A stretch of DNA of 64,000 nt from contig CAWEOA010000001.1 of the NCBI GenBank assembly GCA_963810615.1, positions 119,297 to 183,296 of the forward strand, in the 5' to 3' direction. Origin of the DNA: an uncultured Gammaproteobacteria bacterium. Its GTDB lineage: Bacteria > Pseudomonadota > Gammaproteobacteria > DRLM01. Below, one piece after another: positions 9,934-20,637 of this stretch; position 1 is the first letter of the stretch, and each line of letters begins with the position of its first letter. A program made the translations under genes and the position numbers. Under the pieces are notes generated by a model. It did not search any database. It worked only from the letters and a program-made list of their open reading frames with translations, and was not told the origin of the DNA.

Positions 9934-10866
9934 GTGAATAAACCTATGGTTGACATAGCTGTATTGAACCAAGAGTACGCAGTCGCCGGAAAAGTAATCT
10001 TCAAGGCCGGCCCCGGCGGTCTGCCGCTTGTGGAGTTGAGCAGCACCCACGGCAGCGCGGTGGTCGCATTGCAAGGCGGTCACTTGCTCAGCTGGATTCC
10101 ACGAGGTGAACAGCCTGTCATATGGCTGTCAAAGGATGCAAAATTCGCTCCTGGCAAGTCGATTCGTGGGGGTGTTCCGGTGTGTTGGCCCTGGTTTGGG
10201 CCTCATTCTGGGGAGGCAAGTTTTCCCGCCCACGGTTTTGCTCGGACTGTGCCCTGGCAAGTGATTGCCGCAGAAAAATATGGCGACGGCGGCACGCGCC
10301 TGGTGCTGAGCCTGGAGCATAATGCTACTACTCGTCGCTATTGGCCGTTCTCAAGCGAGGTAACTTTGCGGATCAGCTTGGCCGCCGCATTGGAGATCGA
10401 ACTTATCACGCGCAATACCGGTGTGACGCCGATTACCATAGGCGAAGCCCTGCATACATATTTTGAAGTCGGGAATGTGCGTGAAATCGCTATCCGGGGC
10501 CTTGAAGATTGCGAATTTGTCGATAAGGTTGACTGCGGCAAGAACAAGCGTCAGCAAGGCCCGGTCACATTTAGCGGCGAACTGGATCGCGTGTATCTCA
10601 ACACAATCAGCGATTGTCTGATTGATGATCCCGGTCTCAATCGTCGCATTCGCATCCAAAAGCGGGGCAGCCGATCGACCGTGGTGTGGAACCCTTGGCA
10701 TGAAAAGGCCGCCAAGATGGGAGACCTTGGTGAGCAAGGTTATCTGAATATGGTATGCGTCGAGAGCGCCAACGCCGCAGACAATACAGTATCAATCTCT
10801 GCAGGGGATGAGCATCACCTTGCGGCCATCTACCGAGTCGAAGCCTTGCCGAAGCAGCATTCCTGA
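9934..10866 (+). CDS. D-hexose-6-phosphate mutarotase
   Basis: IRGGVPVCWPWFG, HGFART, ALHTYF, VVWNPW, MVCVE. Confidence 0.93.
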   Translation: MNKPMVDIAVLNQEYAVAGKVIFKAGPGGLPLVELSSTHGSAVVALQGGHLLSWIPRGEQPVIWLSKDAKFAPGKSIRGGVPVCWPWFGPHSGEASFPAHGFARTVPWQVIAAEKYGDGGTRLVLSLEHNATTRRYWPFSSEVTLRISLAAALEIELITRNTGVTPITIGEALHTYFEVGNVREIAIRGLEDCEFVDKVDCGKNKRQQGPVTFSGELDRVYLNTISDCLIDDPGLNRRIRIQKRGSRSTVVWNPWHEKAAKMGDLGEQGYLNMVCVESANAADNTVSISAGDEHHLAAIYRVEALPKQHS

Positions 10867-10903
10867 TATGCGGCCAATTATCGCCGGCAATGATCCGATT
10901 AAT

Positions 10904-13408
10904 TCAGCTGGCGACTTTCTTTTGCATGTCATCGAGCAGGTTGTTGAAGGATGAATCCACCAGGAAGCTCAAATCATCGGCCAGAATGGCGCGGCCTGTA
11001 CGTAGGCTTTCTTCCAGTTCCTGAGTTGATACTTCCCGGGTTTTCAGGCCTTCATGGTTGGTGAACAGATAGCTGCCCAATACCGAGCTGATCCAGGCCA
11101 GGGTCTCCATGGATTTGGTACCGTCTTCCTGATGGAATTCAAACCAGATGCCCGGGACCAAATTTCTTACTAGCTCAGAGCATTCATCCTCGACAATGTC
11201 GGGTTCTGGATTACTCTCCGTGGCACTGGCGGCGGCAGGCAGATCGTAGTCGTCCACAATGTCCCCACCGAACAGATTCAGATTGATATCCAATCGCTCG
11301 GTTTGATTCTGACTATCATCGTTCAAGCTGGGAGGCAGATCCTGGCCGAGCACCCTGATTTCTTCGACGACTATCGAGCCGACCTGGTGGGGTCTTTGTT
11401 CGGCTGCTGGAGCGGTGGTCTCCTTTAATATCGGTGGATCTACATGAGTATTAGCATTATTGTTCATGGTGGTTTCTGGCTCCTTGTCGACTGCATCCAT
11501 AGGCTGCGCTTCGGAATTCACTAGTCTGGCATGGCAGCTGCTCAATTTTTCCATGAATCTATCCTGCTCGACCGTATCCATCGACATCAAACGCATGCCT
11601 TCCTCCATCCCGGGAAGCAAGGTCGGCAGCATATCCACCAATTTTTTTCTATCCTTCAATGTGGGTTTGGGCAGGGTGCTCCATATAAGGAGGTCTAGCA
11701 TCTCCAATTTGCTTCTCCAGGATTCGCTTTCCTGACCCTCTTTCATATAGGTGACGATTAGCAGATTCTTCCAGCATTCCATGGCGAAGCTTCTGATGAA
11801 CTGTGGGAAGGGTTTGCCTTCCAGTCTGCGCTCGATCTCTTCGCTTGATAAAGATTCCGCGATCAGAAGGCGTTCTCGACCTTGGATTAATTTCTTGGTT
11901 TCCTCGATATTCTCATCGAAATGGGATTGATGATTCGCGAGGTGGGATTCCAATTCGGAGATTGCGGTCTCGAAGACGCCGATATCAGTATCGAATTCAT
12001 CCAGTATCTTTTGCACACAGTCCGAGACGCCTTTATACAGGGAGCCTTGCTCGTCATCCGCGTTTAAGAGCCCGATGGTAGACTGCGCCAGGGTATTCAG
12101 CAGACGCCGCGCCGGATGATTTCTCATGGAGAAAAACGTGTTGTCCAGCATCGCCGCCTTGAGAACCGGAATTTGCAGCCGACCGATCAAGGCTTTAGCC
12201 TTGTCGGGTACTTTTGGGTTCTCAAAAATATAATCGAACAGCAGTGCGACGATTTCAATGATCATTGCGTCGCCTTTTTCGTCTTCCTTGGGGAGGGGGC
12301 TGTTCTTGATACTCCATAATACATTGGCCGTTCCCTGTGCCAAGGCGGAGGTGTCGATAGCCGAGGTATCCATGCCTAGGGCATCCCATTGCCCCTTTTG
12401 CATAAATGTTAGACTCTGCAAAGTATTCGGCATGCCTTGAGTCGAACCCGGCATCATCCCCGGCACGCCTTGCATGCCGGGATTGAATTCCCCCGGCATT
12501 CCTTGCGTCGGACTATATGTTGCCATGTTGGGCATTCCCTGGAAGGAAGGTCCGGAATACACTCCTCCGCTAGAGGGGAGGTTGTTGGTGCTAAATATCT
12601 GGGAAAAAGCCGAAAGAAAATCGGTTTCGCCGCCGTTGCCACTCTGGCCGGCCGCCACGCCGTTTATAAAGACCCCTTGTGCAGGATTGTCCCGGCCGAT
12701 CTGGGTGGGGATCTTGGGCAGAATGCCGCTCATTGCCATGTGGTTGTTGATGTCGTGATAAACCTGTTGAATGGTTTCGCAGAGATAGCGATCAATCAAT
12801 TTGAGCACTATCAGTTTAATATCGACGCCCGAATCAATCTTCCCGCAGGCCATCTTACAGGCGATGCAGATGGACTTCGGGCCGATGGGATTCGCCTCGG
12901 TTTCAAGATCCTTTTTGCCGAGCAGCAGTCCGACCCGCTTATCCAGTCCGTAGATCTCGTTGTGGCAAAGCGTGCTGATCTTGTCGGCCAGTGTGGTGAT
13001 GGCAAGCGATTCTTCCAGATCATCATCTTCGACCAGGCTCAGGCCGATGTCGGCCATGGAGGGGGTATTGCTTTGCGTCTGGAGCGAGAACTTATTTTCT
13101 ATGATTTCGTCGGATTTTTCCTTGAAGTGCTCTCTGAAAGACGCTTCAATCTCCTTGCGCTTCAGGCGGATCTCGCGCATGGCATCGAAATAGTGGCTTT
13201 GCAGGGTATTATTACTGGCTTTGTCCGCCAAGGCGAATAAGCTGTCGTCGACGTTATCCATGGCTCGGGCCAAGGCCTCGGCCGTTCGTTCCAGCACCGT
13301 GTTTCTGCAGTCCTGCAGCAATCGGGATGAAGTAGACGATCCTGACTTCTTGGTTAAGCCAGCATAGTCCTGTATCTGCACGATGTTTCCTGAGATTTTG
13401 TCGGCCAT
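10904..13408 (-). CDS. DUF1631 family protein
   Basis: YFDAMREIR, LSLVEDDDLEESLA, IGRLQIPVLKAA, HPARRLLN; start set at MADKISG. Confidence 0.85.
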   Translation of the reverse strand: MADKISGNIVQIQDYAGLTKKSGSSTSSRLLQDCRNTVLERTAEALARAMDNVDDSLFALADKASNNTLQSHYFDAMREIRLKRKEIEASFREHFKEKSDEIIENKFSLQTQSNTPSMADIGLSLVEDDDLEESLAITTLADKISTLCHNEIYGLDKRVGLLLGKKDLETEANPIGPKSICIACKMACGKIDSGVDIKLIVLKLIDRYLCETIQQVYHDINNHMAMSGILPKIPTQIGRDNPAQGVFINGVAAGQSGNGGETDFLSAFSQIFSTNNLPSSGGVYSGPSFQGMPNMATYSPTQGMPGEFNPGMQGVPGMMPGSTQGMPNTLQSLTFMQKGQWDALGMDTSAIDTSALAQGTANVLWSIKNSPLPKEDEKGDAMIIEIVALLFDYIFENPKVPDKAKALIGRLQIPVLKAAMLDNTFFSMRNHPARRLLNTLAQSTIGLLNADDEQGSLYKGVSDCVQKILDEFDTDIGVFETAISELESHLANHQSHFDENIEETKKLIQGRERLLIAESLSSEEIERRLEGKPFPQFIRSFAMECWKNLLIVTYMKEGQESESWRSKLEMLDLLIWSTLPKPTLKDRKKLVDMLPTLLPGMEEGMRLMSMDTVEQDRFMEKLSSCHARLVNSEAQPMDAVDKEPETTMNNNANTHVDPPILKETTAPAAEQRPHQVGSIVVEEIRVLGQDLPPSLNDDSQNQTERLDINLNLFGGDIVDDYDLPAAASATESNPEPDIVEDECSELVRNLVPGIWFEFHQEDGTKSMETLAWISSVLGSYLFTNHEGLKTREVSTQELEESLRTGRAILADDLSFLVDSSFNNLLDDMQKKVAS

Positions 13409-13563
13409 AGAATTAACCTTTCCCCTGCCGGGTGCCGCTAATAATCGTGAGGGAAATATTGCAAGAAAATCCGTCTCCAATCTGTGATTGAGTACTCAGA
13501 TACAAAGGGAAAAACATGGTGATATGTGTTGGACTTCAAGAAATGATACAGATGCCGACATAA

Positions 13564-13579
13564 CGTGAATCAGATCACA
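13564..13579. promoter_or_regulatory. CRP/Vfr-like binding site
   Basis: CGTGA-ATCAGA-TCACA, 9/10 match to TGTGA-N6-TCACA, in a divergent intergenic region. Confidence 0.5.
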
Positions 13580-13607
13580 AAAGTAGAGATTTCGGGTAAA
13601 CGGGACG

Positions 13608-14534
13608 ATGCAAACCGCACAATCAATACGCGTTGAAGACAGTTCTTCTGATGTGGCCTACCACTGGGTCAAGGATATTACTGGACTGGTGTCGCCGCCG
13701 GAGGTTTGTATCAGGCTTCTGGATTTGGTGGACTCGCCTAAATCGACGGCGCACGAAATCGGCGAAGTGATCGGCAGTGACCCCAATCTCACCGCGAGGC
13801 TGCTTAAGCTGGTTAACAGCTCCTTTTACAATTATTCAGGGCGGATCGATACCTTGTCGCGCGCCATCGCCATTGTCGGTACCCGTGAGTTGTACAGCCT
13901 GGCGATCTCGGTTTCCGCCGTTCGTGCCTTTTCCAAGATTCCGGCGCAATTGATAAATATGGATACCTTTTGGCGCCATAGCCTGTTTTGCGGGATCATA
14001 GCCCGCTATTTGGCCAAGCGCTGCGGCATATTGCATCCGGAACGGCTGTTTGTCGCCGGATTGCTGCACGATATCGGTGAACTGGTGCTGTTTGCCAGGG
14101 CTCCGGAGAAGAGCCGGGATTTGATGTTGATGGCCGAAGGGGATGAGAATGTGCTCGCCTATGCACAGCGGCAGGAATTCGGTTTCAACCATGCCGATCT
14201 GGGCGGCTTGCTGGCAACATTATGGCAACTTCCCGATACCTTGGTGGAGGCCATCAGCTGCCACCATACTCCCTTTGATGCGGTGTGTTCCAAGCAACAG
14301 GCCGCTATCGTGAAGATCGCCGATATATTGGCCGATCGCTCCGCGCTCGGTGCGCTGTTTGAATCGCGACCACGGCAGGCTACTCCTTTAGAAATAGATA
14401 GCGCTTTGTGGCGGGTAACCGGCTTAGTTGCGGCCAATTTCGATGAGACCCAAATTATCGGTGATGCCGGTCAGCAGTTTATTGAAACCTCCGGGATACT
14501 TTTTGGAGATTCAGATAACGCCGACAACGCTTAA
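13608..14534 (+). CDS. HDOD domain protein
   Basis: DPNLTARLLKLVNS, FWRHS, AGLLHDIG, HADLGG..WQLP. Confidence 0.92.
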   Translation: MQTAQSIRVEDSSSDVAYHWVKDITGLVSPPEVCIRLLDLVDSPKSTAHEIGEVIGSDPNLTARLLKLVNSSFYNYSGRIDTLSRAIAIVGTRELYSLAISVSAVRAFSKIPAQLINMDTFWRHSLFCGIIARYLAKRCGILHPERLFVAGLLHDIGELVLFARAPEKSRDLMLMAEGDENVLAYAQRQEFGFNHADLGGLLATLWQLPDTLVEAISCHHTPFDAVCSKQQAAIVKIADILADRSALGALFESRPRQATPLEIDSALWRVTGLVAANFDETQIIGDAGQQFIETSGILFGDSDNADNA

Positions 14535-14650
14535 CCGCTCAGAATGTTTGTTCCCTTTGACGATATCATCCAAGCGCACTCCTGCTAATCTCCAATTACT
14601 GCCTCAATCATCGCACCTAGCCTAGGTTCATGCCATCGATCGATTGGGGG

Positions 14651-17029
14651 TTACTTGCCTCTTGCTGCAATGATCTTGATCGTATGCTCAGATTGGGATT
14701 CCTGTTCGTATTGAATAGTGAAATTTAGGGATTGATTCGGTCGTAGGTGACGGGTGTCAAGCTCGATCATATGGAATCCGAGGCCGGTGGCCATAGTCGT
14801 TGCTTGCCGAGGGTTATTCATTTCCAGGGTCCGCCAGCGTACTGTGGCCGGTTGCGGCAGGTAGAGATGAAGCACCGAGTCCGCCGCAAGCGTAGACAGC
14901 TGAGCGTTGACCGTCCAAACGGTGAACCCGGGTGCGGAGCGTTGGCCGTGGTAGCGGTCCCATACCGGGCCGGGCCGATCAAAGGGACGATTTATCGCCC
15001 AGGAATGGGCCAGTTTAATGAATTCGGCATGAGCCCAGGCCAGGGGCATTGCCGAGCCCGTGGGCCGGCCGGGAAAGAGACCGCATTTTGCCAGAGGTTC
15101 TCCATCCCATATCTGTTCCGAGATCATGCCGCTCGGGCCGCTCATATCGGCCATTGCTTGCAGATAAGGTAAGGGCGAATTGCCTGCGGCGAGTTCGTAA
15201 TGGCCGCGCTCACCGGTCAGCAGGGGCCATGCCCGGCCTATGCCGCTGCCGTCGAAGGGCGAGCCGTCTTCATGTTCGCCATAACCGTCACCGTTATAGC
15301 GATGCCAGGCGGGACCGTTGGGAGTATCGACCCGTAAAAGCGCATCGGCGACTTTAATGCTCGACTTTATCAGCGGGTCATCGGCTTGACGCAGTCCGAA
15401 GCGGACTAATTGTAAAAAATCGGTTCCGATTTGTTCCTCGGCTTTCAGTTCCGGATCTTGTAAACGATTCTTGATGGGTAAGGTTTGGTGCATGGCCTCT
15501 TCGTCGATTAACGCGCGTCGCGGCTCGCCGCGTACGTAGTAGCCTTTGATGTCGTATCGATGCGCCAGAGCTGTTCCATATACCGCGGTCCAATCCTCGA
15601 TGCGACTGTTCCAAAAATCCGCAATAGCCAATGCGGCGTCGCGTTCGTCGTCGGGTAGGAACTGCGAGCCGGTCACCAAGGCGGCGATGCATATGGTTAA
15701 TGTGTAGGTGTTGACGCCGGCATTTTCTTCCCAGCGGTCTTGATCGCTGGCGGGGCCGTTGTGCGCAATGAATGACAAGGCGCGTCGCACCATGTCCACG
15801 ACATTGATGTCATCGAGGGCCTCGTGCTCGATCAAGGCGCCCGCCAGTAATATCGGAAAGGCCGCCTCGTCGAGTTGAATCCCTTCCCAAAAGCTCTTAC
15901 CGCCCAGCCACTGGTTTTGACACCAATGGCCGTCTTCGTTTTGAGTGGCGATGAGATAGCGCAGGATTTCGCGGGCCTTATCGTCGGCGCCGAGTGCCAG
16001 CAAGGCGCCGGCGCATTCCACCAGGTCCCGCGGCCATACTAAGTGATAGCCGCCACGTTCGTCGCGAATATTGCCCCATGGAATGCTTAAGCTGGCGACC
16101 ATGGCGCCCGGATAGGTCTGGTCCTGATGGACGCGCAATACCATGGCCGAGACCAATAATTGTTCGCGTAATGCTTCCGGCAAATCAGCAGCGGTAGCCA
16201 ATTGATACTGGCACTGTCCATGCCAGGCCTCCCATGCAGCGATTTGGCGATGCCACGGTTCATCAAAGCGCCGCGGCAGCGCGGAAAGTGCCAGTGTGGC
16301 GGCCGATTCCTTGCTGCTGCCGAAACCGAGAGCCAGTACGGAGCGCCGCGGCAGGCGCCCCATCAGTGCGACGTTACCCGGACCGGCATGACCATATTGC
16401 CACTGCATGGCGCCGTTGTGGGTGAAATCGCGCCAGCCATCGCTGACGCCGACATAGCCGGCGCTGGTTCGACTGAAGCCATCCTGTTGGCGGCTGTCAC
16501 TTGCCGCCAGGGCCAGCGCGAACGGTCCTTGTTCCGCCCAAAGAATACGGCGACCGCGATGGTGATCCGCCCAGGCGTGGTTGTCGTGACCGGTACCGCC
16601 TAAGTGAGGCGCCAGCAATACGTACGGGTGTAATTCCGTATCACCATCCAGGATGGTCTCAATGAGAAGTACATCGCGTTGCGGGTCGGGGGTGATGCGC
16701 AGTGTCAATATAAAGCGCGCATGGCTGTGTACGACCTTGACGGCGGGAATGCCGGGGCCGGTCAATGATAATTCATAATCGTTCAGACGCTTCACCTCGA
16801 CCCAAAATCCCTTGCCGTCAGCCACTATGAATCCTAAGTCGCGAAGCTGGGGAATATCGATGCGCGGGTAATATACTTCATTGACGATGCCGTGCCCCAG
16901 GGTGAACCAAAGTCGTGATGATTCGAGGGCGCAACCGACTACATCCTTGGCGCTGCTGCACCATGAAGGGGAAATGCCAGGCTCTCCGGGTGCCTCATTC
17001 GTGGTTTGTGCTGTGTGGACGTCGTTCAT
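14651..17029 (-). CDS. glycoside hydrolase family 15 (glucoamylase/glucodextranase)
   Basis: ASLSIPWG, YHLVWPRDL, QDRWEE, RYNGDGY, EQIWD, PLAWAHAEF. Confidence 0.93.
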   Translation of the reverse strand: MNDVHTAQTTNEAPGEPGISPSWCSSAKDVVGCALESSRLWFTLGHGIVNEVYYPRIDIPQLRDLGFIVADGKGFWVEVKRLNDYELSLTGPGIPAVKVVHSHARFILTLRITPDPQRDVLLIETILDGDTELHPYVLLAPHLGGTGHDNHAWADHHRGRRILWAEQGPFALALAASDSRQQDGFSRTSAGYVGVSDGWRDFTHNGAMQWQYGHAGPGNVALMGRLPRRSVLALGFGSSKESAATLALSALPRRFDEPWHRQIAAWEAWHGQCQYQLATAADLPEALREQLLVSAMVLRVHQDQTYPGAMVASLSIPWGNIRDERGGYHLVWPRDLVECAGALLALGADDKAREILRYLIATQNEDGHWCQNQWLGGKSFWEGIQLDEAAFPILLAGALIEHEALDDINVVDMVRRALSFIAHNGPASDQDRWEENAGVNTYTLTICIAALVTGSQFLPDDERDAALAIADFWNSRIEDWTAVYGTALAHRYDIKGYYVRGEPRRALIDEEAMHQTLPIKNRLQDPELKAEEQIGTDFLQLVRFGLRQADDPLIKSSIKVADALLRVDTPNGPAWHRYNGDGYGEHEDGSPFDGSGIGRAWPLLTGERGHYELAAGNSPLPYLQAMADMSGPSGMISEQIWDGEPLAKCGLFPGRPTGSAMPLAWAHAEFIKLAHSWAINRPFDRPGPVWDRYHGQRSAPGFTVWTVNAQLSTLAADSVLHLYLPQPATVRWRTLEMNNPRQATTMATGLGFHMIELDTRHLRPNQSLNFTIQYEQESQSEHTIKIIAARGK

Positions 17030-17264
17030 ATTGAGCTTGTCCCCGCTGGTTGAGTCGTGCAGCTACAGAATGACCTGGGTATTGTAATTACGAATATCGT
17101 TGAGCGCGTTCGATCCCTTCAGTGAGGTGAGGGGGAGATTCATGAGTGTTTTGGTGTCAGTCACGCCTGGTGTCGGTGCAGTGCAGTCGAAGATTTCGCA
17201 CCTCAGCAGGGAAGGGCGGCGGTCTCGAGCTTTATGACCACCTAATACCAGCCGTAGTTCAGAT

Positions 17265-20153
17265 TTATTCCACGGGTGCGGCGGGTGCCGCATCCGTCCA
17301 GGCGGAACGACGGCAGATACCCGCCATGGCGCAATAGCGACAGGTGAGTTCGTCACCCCAAGCGGGTAATGCCGCCCCCATGGCCATTTCGGTCATTAAG
17401 GTATGCAGTCGCTCGCCGTTTTGTTCGACGATGGCGTGCAGTTCATCTCCCTGCAAGACAGTGCGGCTGCCGAAGCGGTTGGCGTCCAGACTGAGATATT
17501 CAACTTGATGGACGGCATCATCCGCCAGCAGGGCATAGAAAGGCAGCTGTACTTCCTCGCCGTTAATGACCGCATCTTGCTGCGGGGTTGTTCCCGTCTT
17601 GTAGTCCACGATACCCGCGCCGTCGCTGCTGCCATCGATGCGGTCGATGCGCCCTTTTATCATCAATCCACGGTAGGTTTTTTCACAGGCCGTTTCCGTG
17701 GCTATCACCTGCCAGCTCTCGGCGCGGCCGATCTGCCAATCGATGTATTGCGGGATGATTTGTCGCCAGCGCTGCAGCCAGCCACGATGCATAAAATTGT
17801 CTTCCATGTCCTTGGCAAAAACCGCCTGGGAAATGTTATGCAGACAAGCAATCGCGGCCTCGCGATTGGCTATGGTGACAGCCTGTTGAAATGGGCCGGG
17901 ATAGCCTTGTACGTCGTTGTGGAAGGCATGCAGGGCCAGATGGATGCGCTGTCCATAGTCGGATTTTTCCAGGGCCTCCCGCACTTCTTCCGGCGCGGTC
18001 AGTTGCAGGCAACGCGCGGCAAAAAACTGATAGGGACAATTGATCAATTGTTGATAGGCATTGGCGGAGAGTTTGTCCGGCACCAAATTCGCTGTTACCG
18101 CCGGTCTCGGCATGGCCTTGGGCAGGGGGAGTTCGAGACTATCACTGCGGATTACCTGTGACTGCGGATGATCAACCAGGACGCCTAAGCCATCGTCGTT
18201 TAAAGGTATGCCGTAGGAAAAGCGGTGGAAAGCCTGCAAGGCCTCCAGCCAGGGGCTGGGAAGAACAGCTTCGTTGTTTTCCTCTCGCCGGGTGGTGATG
18301 AACACTTGCGGTGCCGCTTGCAGCAGCCGGCGGAAATAGTGGAAGCGCATGGTCCTGTGCTGCAGAAATCCGGGAAGCCCCAGCTCCCGCCGCACGGCTT
18401 CATTAAAAAAAGGTGAGGCCTGCCCGGAACCGGGCAAGTGCTGCGCCGTGGCGCCGGCGATGATGACAGCATCGTAGTGAGTCAGAGTGCTTTGTTCCAG
18501 GCTCAGGAGTTGAATTGTCGAGGCGCTGGCGGGCGGTTGGAAATTGTAGCGTTCCAAGGTGCGCCCCAGCCAGGTGCGGAATTCACGCCATGCCATTTTT
18601 AAATGACGGCCGGTAAGGGCCTGACGCATCGCCTGGAGTTCCTGCAGAATGCGCGCGCCCGCTGCATCCTGCTTGAAGCTTTCCACCAGTCCGAGACCTT
18701 GCAGGCTCTCCTCCAGGGCATCCAGCCAGCGCTGAGGTGATTGCGCGCGTTTGCTGAGCAGCAGGGACAACAGTGGTTTCGCCGCGCTCTCGATATCATC
18801 CAGCAGGCTTCGTAGGCGCTCGCCCAGCGCCTGCGGCCAGCGCGAGTGACGGTAGGCGAGATGGGTGCGATAGCGTTGCAGGTTGCGCGGGATGTTTTCG
18901 TGTAATACCAGGTCCTGCTCGAAGCGGTAGACCGCTTGCAACAATTCATTGTGATCATGGTGTGGAAAGATGAACGGTGACTTGAGCAGGTCGGTGAGGG
19001 GCTGATAAAAGAAATCTTCCTCCACACACTCCAGCCAGCGTTCCAAGGCCGCCGCCGCCGCCGTGGTGGACAAGGCCCAACCGGCGGCATCGTTCAGATT
19101 GATGTCGGCCCGTTCCAGCAGGGCACGGACACGGCGCGCCAGGCGGCGGTCGTCGCTGACGATGGCGATACGCCGTTTGCCTTGTAAAAGCCAGCGTCTG
19201 ACTTGGACGTCTACACCGCGTGCCTCGGCCTCCGCGGACGGAGCCGCATAGACGAATAATCGTTCTCCGGCCGGACTGGTCGAACAGTGCGCCGCGAACT
19301 GTTGGGCCCGTTCTTTGAAAGGGGCATAAGCAGCATCGCTCTGCATGGTGGCGAAGACCTGGTCGAGGTAACGCGTATACGGATCGGCCGGGATATCGTC
19401 GCGGGTAGGGCCATCCATGATCACGGTGAGCTGGCCACGGTCGGTCAATACATCCATCCAGCGCTGTTCGGAGGGTGATGGCGCGGTCTGACCGGCCAGG
19501 AAGATATGCAGGTTCGGGGCTAGTCTGTCGAGACTGTTATCCAACTGGGCGATATAGGCGGCTTGCGGGTCGAGGCTGCCTTCCTCATGTAATTGGCGAT
19601 GCCAGGCGTGCCACAGGGTGTGAACCAGATTCGCTTCCATGCTCAAGGCTGCGGGGCTGCGTGCCCCCAGTTGATAGGCGTTGCTCAGCCGCTCGATAAA
19701 GGCATCGAGTTCTGTTGGTAGCGTGACGCGATACAGGGTGAGCTGCCCAAACAGATCCAGGAGATTGGCGGCTAGCAACCACGGATCGCTGTCGCTGAAC
19801 AAGCGCCGATGCTGATTCAGGGTTTCGATCAGGATCAACTCTTGGGCCTGGGGCGACAGCGGGGCGGTTGCAAGAGGCACGACCTGGTTTAAAAACTGGT
19901 GCAGGCTCAGGATGGACGGCCCCAGCAGGGCCTGATAGCCGAGCGTCACGGCCTCATCGAGCAGGTGATGCCGCAGCCGCGGTGCATCGAGTGACTGCGG
20001 CAGTAATACCACGCACTCGGTCAAGTCCGGCAACTTGTGCCGGTAGCGCTTAAGGACGAGTTTGGCGAGTAGAACTAAGGGATCCTGGTGATAAGGTACC
20101 AGGATCCGGGACGATGATGGGATGGCTACTTGATGCGGGTCCTCAGCGTTCAA
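17265..20153 (-). CDS. addB: AddB-like PD-(D/E)XK nuclease (double-strand break repair)
   Basis: [32 protein letters not shown] and C-terminal [10 protein letters not shown] Fe-S cysteines; start uncertain. Confidence 0.8.
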   Translation of the reverse strand: MNAEDPHQVAIPSSSRILVPYHQDPLVLLAKLVLKRYRHKLPDLTECVVLLPQSLDAPRLRHHLLDEAVTLGYQALLGPSILSLHQFLNQVVPLATAPLSPQAQELILIETLNQHRRLFSDSDPWLLAANLLDLFGQLTLYRVTLPTELDAFIERLSNAYQLGARSPAALSMEANLVHTLWHAWHRQLHEEGSLDPQAAYIAQLDNSLDRLAPNLHIFLAGQTAPSPSEQRWMDVLTDRGQLTVIMDGPTRDDIPADPYTRYLDQVFATMQSDAAYAPFKERAQQFAAHCSTSPAGERLFVYAAPSAEAEARGVDVQVRRWLLQGKRRIAIVSDDRRLARRVRALLERADINLNDAAGWALSTTAAAAALERWLECVEEDFFYQPLTDLLKSPFIFPHHDHNELLQAVYRFEQDLVLHENIPRNLQRYRTHLAYRHSRWPQALGERLRSLLDDIESAAKPLLSLLLSKRAQSPQRWLDALEESLQGLGLVESFKQDAAGARILQELQAMRQALTGRHLKMAWREFRTWLGRTLERYNFQPPASASTIQLLSLEQSTLTHYDAVIIAGATAQHLPGSGQASPFFNEAVRRELGLPGFLQHRTMRFHYFRRLLQAAPQVFITTRREENNEAVLPSPWLEALQAFHRFSYGIPLNDDGLGVLVDHPQSQVIRSDSLELPLPKAMPRPAVTANLVPDKLSANAYQQLINCPYQFFAARCLQLTAPEEVREALEKSDYGQRIHLALHAFHNDVQGYPGPFQQAVTIANREAAIACLHNISQAVFAKDMEDNFMHRGWLQRWRQIIPQYIDWQIGRAESWQVIATETACEKTYRGLMIKGRIDRIDGSSDGAGIVDYKTGTTPQQDAVINGEEVQLPFYALLADDAVHQVEYLSLDANRFGSRTVLQGDELHAIVEQNGERLHTLMTEMAMGAALPAWGDELTCRYCAMAGICRRSAWTDAAPAAPVE

Positions 20154-20466
20154 GGTAATCGATTTTGCCCTTTTTGCCGTTCCACTCGTCGGCATCGGCA
20201 GGCGCATCCTTCATCTCGGTGATGACCGGCCATTCTTTGGCGAGTTCGGCATTGAGGGTGATGTATTCCTGTTGATCGTCGGGTACGTCGTCTTCGGCAA
20301 AAATCGCCTCGGCCGGACACTCCGGCTCGCACAGGGTGCAGTCGATGCACTCGTCGGGGTCGATCACCAGGAAATTGGGACCCTCGTGGAAACAATCCAC
20401 CGGGCACACCTCTACACAATCCGTATATTTACACTTGATGCAATTGTCGCCAACCACAAAGGTCAT
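20143..20466 (-). CDS. fdxA: 7Fe ferredoxin
   Basis: [18 protein letters not shown]...[12 protein letters not shown]. Confidence 0.96.
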   Translation of the reverse strand: MTFVVGDNCIKCKYTDCVEVCPVDCFHEGPNFLVIDPDECIDCTLCEPECPAEAIFAEDDVPDDQQEYITLNAELAKEWPVITEMKDAPADADEWNGKKGKIDYLER

Positions 20467-20637
20467 GAGCTTCTCCGCCTATGTTTTTATGAATTCCTCT
20501 GCCCGACAAGTCTATGTCTAACGCGGGCTATTTATAATTCCTAACCTGTATCGTGCTGGATGAATACCAGGTGCTTTAAAGTCCCTTATGTTAATCGCTC
20601 TTTGCCTGGGTTGCGAGACTTTGAACGGTTTTTTATA

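Noticed and set aside
13455-13480. sigma54-like TTGCA upstream of DUF1631
   Set aside because: No GG at the -24 position
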